In this document: one piece after another, positions 59,305 to 64,000 of the stretch
Position numbering within the stretch: position 1 is the first letter of the stretch
Layout: each line of letters begins with the position of its first letter
Assembly (NCBI GenBank): GCA_963664875.1
Contig: OY761611.1
Coordinates: forward strand, 3,744,001 to 3,808,000
Source: Candidatus Kapaibacterium sp.
Lineage (GTDB): Bacteria; Bacteroidota; Ignavibacteria; Kapaibacteriales; UBA2268
DNA length: 64,000 nt
Direction of reading: 5' to 3'
The notes under the pieces: model-generated
Told to the model about the DNA's origin: nothing
Seen by the model: the letters and a program-made list of their open reading frames with translations, nothing else
Database searches by the model: none
Translations under genes and position numbers: made by a program

Positions 59305-60210
59305 ATGAATAATATTGTACTCCATGAAGTTGGTCTCAGAGACGGTTTGCAGATGGAAAAGCAGGTTGTCGCAACTGAACAAAAAATCAAATGGACAGAA
59401 AAACTAATCGAAGCCGGAGTGGAAATAGTGCAGCTCGGTTCATTTGTTCATCCTGTGAAAGTGCCTCAAATGGCAGACACAGATGAGTTCTTCCAACATT
59501 TTTCAAAACCTGAAAATCATCCTGATAATGTAATATTTTCAGGCCTCGTTCTAAACGAAAAAGGTATGGAGAGGGCAATTAAATGCGGTGTAGATATGCT
59601 CTGCATGGGCGTATCAGCAAGCGATACTCACAGCCAAAAAAATACAGGCATGACTACAAGCGAAGCACAGGACAGAATAATTGCGATGGCAAGAGAGGCT
59701 ATGCACTCAGGCAAAAAAGTACAGGCATCTGTCCAATCTGCATTTGGTTGTGGCTTCGAGGGAAAAATAGATGAACTGAAAGTGCTCGAAATAATCAAAA
59801 AATACGTTAGCAATGGTATTAAATATATATCCCTTGCAGACACCGCCGGGCATGCAAATCCGGCACAAGTGCAAAGGCTTTTTAGTGCTATTAGAGACAT
59901 AGCACCTGATGTAGAGATAGCTTGCCATTTCCACAATACTTATGGACTTGGTATTATCAACTGCAAAGCAGCTTATGACAGTGGCGTGCGCTATTTCGAA
60001 ACAGCTTTTGGCGGCATAGGCGGATGTCCGTTTACAAAAGTAGCTGCCGGTAACGTCTGCACTGAAGACTTTGTAAACTATATGCAAAGAATGGGCTATC
60101 GCAAAGATATTAGGAATGACATACTGATAGACCTTGCTAAAGACTTATCGACAGTACTCGAAAAAGATTTGCCGGGGTATGTGTATAAAGCCGGAACCTT
60201 AGAATATTAA
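59305..60210 (+). CDS. HMG-CoA lyase family protein (possibly (R)-citramalyl-CoA lyase)
   Basis: EVGLRDGLQ, SLADT.G, HFHNTYG and GGCPF...GNVCTED motifs. Confidence 0.88.
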   Translation: MNNIVLHEVGLRDGLQMEKQVVATEQKIKWTEKLIEAGVEIVQLGSFVHPVKVPQMADTDEFFQHFSKPENHPDNVIFSGLVLNEKGMERAIKCGVDMLCMGVSASDTHSQKNTGMTTSEAQDRIIAMAREAMHSGKKVQASVQSAFGCGFEGKIDELKVLEIIKKYVSNGIKYISLADTAGHANPAQVQRLFSAIRDIAPDVEIACHFHNTYGLGIINCKAAYDSGVRYFETAFGGIGGCPFTKVAAGNVCTEDFVNYMQRMGYRKDIRNDILIDLAKDLSTVLEKDLPGYVYKAGTLEY

Positions 60211-60241
60211 AATTTGAAGTGTTAGTTTATAGTAGAGCCTG

Positions 60242-60385
60242 ATTTTGTAGAGCTGTTTACTTCTACAAAATAAATAACCTACGTAGGTTGAAGAGTGAGT
60301 AGAAGTGCAACCGACTGCTTCAGCTGTCGGTAAAACTTGCAAATATCAAGAATATGATGCAAATTTTGACTTATGAGACAGCCTC
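60242..60385. repeat. Cluster of palindromes plus an orphan MITE right end
   Basis: ATTTTGTAGA/TCTACAAAAT, AACCTACGTAGGTT, ACCGACTGCTTCAGCTGTCGGT and TTTTGACTTATGAGACAGCCTC. Confidence 0.65.
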
Positions 60386-60510
60386 TACATGATGACGTGG
60401 TAGAAAAAAGGTAACATATAATAAAATTTTTCTACAATATGAACTACACTCAAAAACAAAACATAAAAATAAAATTCCTTCTTAGGAAGCATTCGTTATA
60501 GGGAGATAAT

Positions 60511-61710
60511 ATGAAAAAGCTTTTAGAAGGTATCAGAGTACTGGATTTGACCAATGTACTCTCAGGACCTTTTGCTTCCCTGCATCTTGCATTGCTTGGT
60601 GCGGAAGTTATTAAAATTGAAAATCCGGACGGGGGAGACCTCGCCAGAAAGTTAGGCTGCGTGCCGGAATACAATCAGAAACTTATGGGCACAAGTTTTC
60701 TGGCACAAAATGCAAATAAGAAATCTTTAACATTGAATCTTAAAGATGATAAAGCCAAAGAAATCTTTAAAAAATTAGCTGAAACAGCAGATGTTGTAAT
60801 TGAAAACTTCCGTCCGGGAGTAATGGATCGACTCGGAGTAGGCTATGAAGTGTTGAAAGAGATAAATCCAAAAATTATTTATCTCGCAATCTCAGGTTAC
60901 GGTCAAACCGGGCCCGATGCAAAGAAACCCGCTTATGACCAGATTATACAAGGTCTTTCCGGAGTAATGTCGATCAATGGTAATGCAGACTTAAATCCAC
61001 TTCGTGCCGGATTCCCTCTATGCGATACTGTTGGAGGCTTGAACGGTGCTTTTGCAGTGATGTCAGCCTTATTCTATAGAGAAAGACACGGCGTAGGCCA
61101 GTTTATTGACATCGCTTTGCTTGATTCGATTATGCCACTCATGGGCTGGGTAGCAGCTAATTTACTAATAGGTGGTCAGCAACCGACTTTGCTCGGCAAC
61201 GATAACTTCACAGCGGCACCATCGGGAATGTTCGTTACAAAAGACGGCTACATAAATATAGCTGCCAACAAACAGGAACAATGGCATGCAGTAACCGACG
61301 TATTGGAAGTACCTGAGCTAAAAGAAGACCCGAGATTCAAAGAAAGAGACACTCGAAAAGCAAACCGCTACGAGCTTACTCCAATCCTCGAAGCAAAACT
61401 TAAAGAAAGGAACACAGAGGAGTGGGTAGCTCTTTTGAATAAAGCAGGTGTGCCATCGGGAGCAATACTTGGACTTGAGCAGGCACTATTGCAACCACAG
61501 GCAGAGCACAGACAAACTTTTAACGAAGTAAGAGTTGACGAGTTAGGTAGAGATGTAAAACTCTTTAATATGACAGCAAAATTCAGCGAAACACCGGGCA
61601 TGGTTGAAACTCCGCCTCCAACTTTATCTCAGCATACTAACGAGATATTGGAATCAATCGGATATTCTGCTGAGGATATTGCAGCGATGAAAGAGAATGG
61701 AGTAGTGTAG
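60511..61710 (+). CDS. Family III (CaiB/BaiF) CoA-transferase
   Basis: LEGIRVLDL..VLSGP, LGAEVIKIE, NANKKS, ENFRPG and AYD motifs. Confidence 0.93.
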   Translation: MKKLLEGIRVLDLTNVLSGPFASLHLALLGAEVIKIENPDGGDLARKLGCVPEYNQKLMGTSFLAQNANKKSLTLNLKDDKAKEIFKKLAETADVVIENFRPGVMDRLGVGYEVLKEINPKIIYLAISGYGQTGPDAKKPAYDQIIQGLSGVMSINGNADLNPLRAGFPLCDTVGGLNGAFAVMSALFYRERHGVGQFIDIALLDSIMPLMGWVAANLLIGGQQPTLLGNDNFTAAPSGMFVTKDGYINIAANKQEQWHAVTDVLEVPELKEDPRFKERDTRKANRYELTPILEAKLKERNTEEWVALLNKAGVPSGAILGLEQALLQPQAEHRQTFNEVRVDELGRDVKLFNMTAKFSETPGMVETPPPTLSQHTNEILESIGYSAEDIAAMKENGVV

Positions 61711-61841
61711 CTTTAGAAGCTTGTTGACAAGGTGGAACTATTTACCTCAATTTTTGGAGTGTGGGAATTAGAGCTTGAGGATTGCCATTTTTCACAAATT
61801 TGTATTGTATTCTTAAAATTTGCGAGTTCTGCCGCCATCTA

Positions 61842-61932
61842 TACTTCGACAAGCTCAGTAACCTTTGGCGGTTGCACTTATGTAACTTACCGCAAAAAAA
61901 AGAAAAAGAAATGGAAAGACGTACTACCAATC
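61842..61932 (-). repeat. CTGAGC..GTCGAAG element plus a fragment of the A/T hairpin of the large element
   Basis: TACTTCGACAAGCTCAGTAACCTTTG at 61842-61867. CGCAAAAAAAAGAAAAAGAAATGGAAA...ACCAATC matches 11977-12017. Confidence 0.7.
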
Positions 61933-62023
61933 AAATACCCTATTATGAAATAGGGGATGATACAAGTAAAAAACAAAAACTCTGAAAAATGGGCTTTTCA
62001 GAGATATTATAGGGAGCAAAAAA

Positions 62024-63316
62024 ATGGGAAAAACAATGGTTGAAAAGATACTTGCCAAACAGACAGGTATCGAAAATCTCAAGATAGGAGATGTCGTTGA
62101 ACCAAAGGTAGGCTTGGCGATGTCTCACGAAAACGGATCTTTGGTTGTAAACCAGTTCTACGAAATTTATAAAGAATTAGATATGGAAGCCCGAGTTTGG
62201 GATCCAAGTAAAATTGCACTTATCTTTGATCACCGCGTTCCTGCGGAAAGTAAAAAAACAGCTACAAATCAGGCTAAAATCCGTGCTTTTGTTAAAGAGC
62301 AGGGAATAGATAAGTTCCATGATATTCGCGGCGACGAAGGTGGAATTTGTCACCAGATTCTTCCTGAAAATGGCTATGTTCATCCGGGAGAAGTTGTTGT
62401 TGGAACTGATAGCCACACTACAACTCATGGTGCTCTCGGCGCTTTTGCGTTCGGTATTGGAGCGACTGAAATGGCTGCTGTTTGGGCTTTGGGTAAAATC
62501 CTAAATGTCGAAGTTCCTCCTACAATCAAAGTAGTTGTAACAGGTGAATTGAAACCTTACGTTTATGCAAAAGATATAATTCTTCACCTAATTGGAAAAA
62601 TATCTGCTGAAGGCGGTAACTTTAGAGTTCTCGAATTCCATGGTGACACTATCAGAAATATGAGCACTTCAGGAAGACTTACTATAAGTAACATGAGCGT
62701 AGAAGCCGGAGCAACTGCCGGCATCGTGCCTCCTGATGCTGAAACCGTACGCTACCTGAGAGAGGAAGCAGGTTACACAGGCGAAATAGATATGATTGCA
62801 CCTGATGAAGATGCTGTTTACGAAAGAATAGTAGAAATTGATGCATCATCATTGGAGCCACAGATTGCTGCTCCGCATACAGTAGATAATGTTAAAGATA
62901 TAAGCGAACTGGAAGGTTTAGCTGTGCAGCAGGCAGTTGTGGGCTCTTGCACCAATGGCAGAATCGAAGATATTAAAGACTGTGCAGATATAGTTAGAGG
63001 CAAAAAAGTATCTCGCGACACTCGTCTTCTTGTCTTCCCTGCATCATATAAAATATATCACGAAGCTCTAGACTTAGGCTATATCACAGATATAGTCAAA
63101 GCCGGCGGTGTAGTTATGAATCCCGGCTGCGGCCCTTGTCTTGGTGTCCATCAGGGAGCACTTGGCGATGGAGAAAGAGCCATTGCTACAACAAACAGAA
63201 ACTTCCAGGGAAGAATGGGAAATCCAAACTCAGAAGTGTATTTGAGTTCTGCAGCGGTAGCAGCTGCAAGTGCATTGACAGGTGTAATCACAAATCCGCA
63301 AAAAGGAGCTAACTAA
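62024..63316 (+). CDS. leuC: 3-isopropylmalate dehydratase/homoaconitase family large subunit
   Basis: DHRVP, GICHQ, GTDSHT, GSCTNGR, CGPCLG and TTNRNF.GRMG motifs. Exact substrate uncertain. Confidence 0.85.
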   Translation: MGKTMVEKILAKQTGIENLKIGDVVEPKVGLAMSHENGSLVVNQFYEIYKELDMEARVWDPSKIALIFDHRVPAESKKTATNQAKIRAFVKEQGIDKFHDIRGDEGGICHQILPENGYVHPGEVVVGTDSHTTTHGALGAFAFGIGATEMAAVWALGKILNVEVPPTIKVVVTGELKPYVYAKDIILHLIGKISAEGGNFRVLEFHGDTIRNMSTSGRLTISNMSVEAGATAGIVPPDAETVRYLREEAGYTGEIDMIAPDEDAVYERIVEIDASSLEPQIAAPHTVDNVKDISELEGLAVQQAVVGSCTNGRIEDIKDCADIVRGKKVSRDTRLLVFPASYKIYHEALDLGYITDIVKAGGVVMNPGCGPCLGVHQGALGDGERAIATTNRNFQGRMGNPNSEVYLSSAAVAAASALTGVITNPQKGAN

Positions 63317-63807
63317 TGGCAAAAGTACAATATAAATTCGCTGATGATATTTCAACTGATATTATCTATCCGGGCAGATATATGGCAACAGTATTGCCGA
63401 CAGAAACTCCTGAATTTGCATTTGCAGATATTCCTGAACTTAACAAAACACTCAGAGAAGAATCACAAAATCAGCAAATGTTAGTTGTTGGCGGTAAAAA
63501 CTTTGGTTGCGGTTCATCTCGTGAGCAGGCAGCTTCCGCTTTAAAAGGCCATGAATTGATAGTAGTAGCGAGAGATTTTGCACGAATCTTTATCCAGAAT
63601 GCGATCAATCTTGGTTTGAGAACAGTCATCTGTCCAAATATAGAAGCAGAAGTTGACCACGATTTGGAAGTAACTGAAAGCAAAGTAATAAATAAAACTA
63701 CCGGAAAAGAATTTGATATAATTCCTCTACCACCTGCCAGACAGGCGATAGTAGATGCCGGAGGTCTGATACCATATACACGCAAAAAACTCTTAGAGCA
63801 AGCATAA
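63316..63807 (+). CDS. leuD: 3-isopropylmalate dehydratase family small subunit
   Basis: ISTDIIYPG, NFGCGSSRE, FARIF.QNAINLG and AGGL motifs; TAATG overlap with the large subunit. Confidence 0.85.
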   Translation: MAKVQYKFADDISTDIIYPGRYMATVLPTETPEFAFADIPELNKTLREESQNQQMLVVGGKNFGCGSSREQAASALKGHELIVVARDFARIFIQNAINLGLRTVICPNIEAEVDHDLEVTESKVINKTTGKEFDIIPLPPARQAIVDAGGLIPYTRKKLLEQA

Positions 63808-63816
63808 ATTAAAGAC

Positions 63817-63859
63817 AAAATGGAGATAGTTATTTGAAATGAGTATCTCCATTTTTTTT
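63817..63859 (+). terminator. Intrinsic terminator
   Basis: AAAATGGAGATA...TATCTCCATTTTTTTT hairpin. Confidence 0.8.
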
Positions 63860-64000
63860 GAAGAATTGTAGTTAATCCAATATTTTGCTTCTGATTTCAG
63901 GAATTGATTTTGTCATTTGAAAATTATATGTAAATTTGCATAATATCATTTTACTAACATATAATTTAGCTAGAGATAATAATGATAAAATCCCGTTTAA

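Noticed and set aside
63982-64000. Possible CDS start at the window edge
   Set aside because: Only six codons are visible, which is not enough to support a call.

Overview
AT-rich 64 kb chromosomal window. T9SS C-terminal domains, TAnnTTTG-type promoters and some Shine-Dalgarno use suggest a Bacteroidota/Chlorobiota-superphylum bacterium, possibly Kapabacteria- or Ignavibacteria-like (inference). Housekeeping and metabolic genes include satP, ilvE, an M49 peptidase, an acyl-CoA dehydrogenase, a histidine kinase, three identical tRNA-Val(TAC), a TonB receptor with a duplicated T9SS protein, a 2368-aa glycosyl/methyltransferase, an IgGFc-binding adhesin, a WYL regulator, an NSS transporter, sdhCAB, gdhA with a divergent PPDK-like/nucleotidyltransferase gene, an OPT transporter and an HMG-CoA-lyase/CoA-transferase/LeuCD cluster. 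The most unusual signals are mostly non-coding. (1) A 0.8-1.0 kb transposase-less element occurs in three copies plus a fragment, with a 5-bp target duplication, a fixed slot holding different nested inserts and a frame-conserved hydrophobic/poly-Lys ORF. (2) About nine copies of a 20-45 bp CTGAGC..GTCGAAG element replace a few target bases and nest inside other palindromes and Rhs motifs. (3) Two islands consist of decayed Rhs-core 'handles', toxin tails and intact immunity-like genes, and the broken handles recur with identical scars. A lone terminase large subunit is also present. No CRISPR array, rRNA, transposase or integrase was seen.
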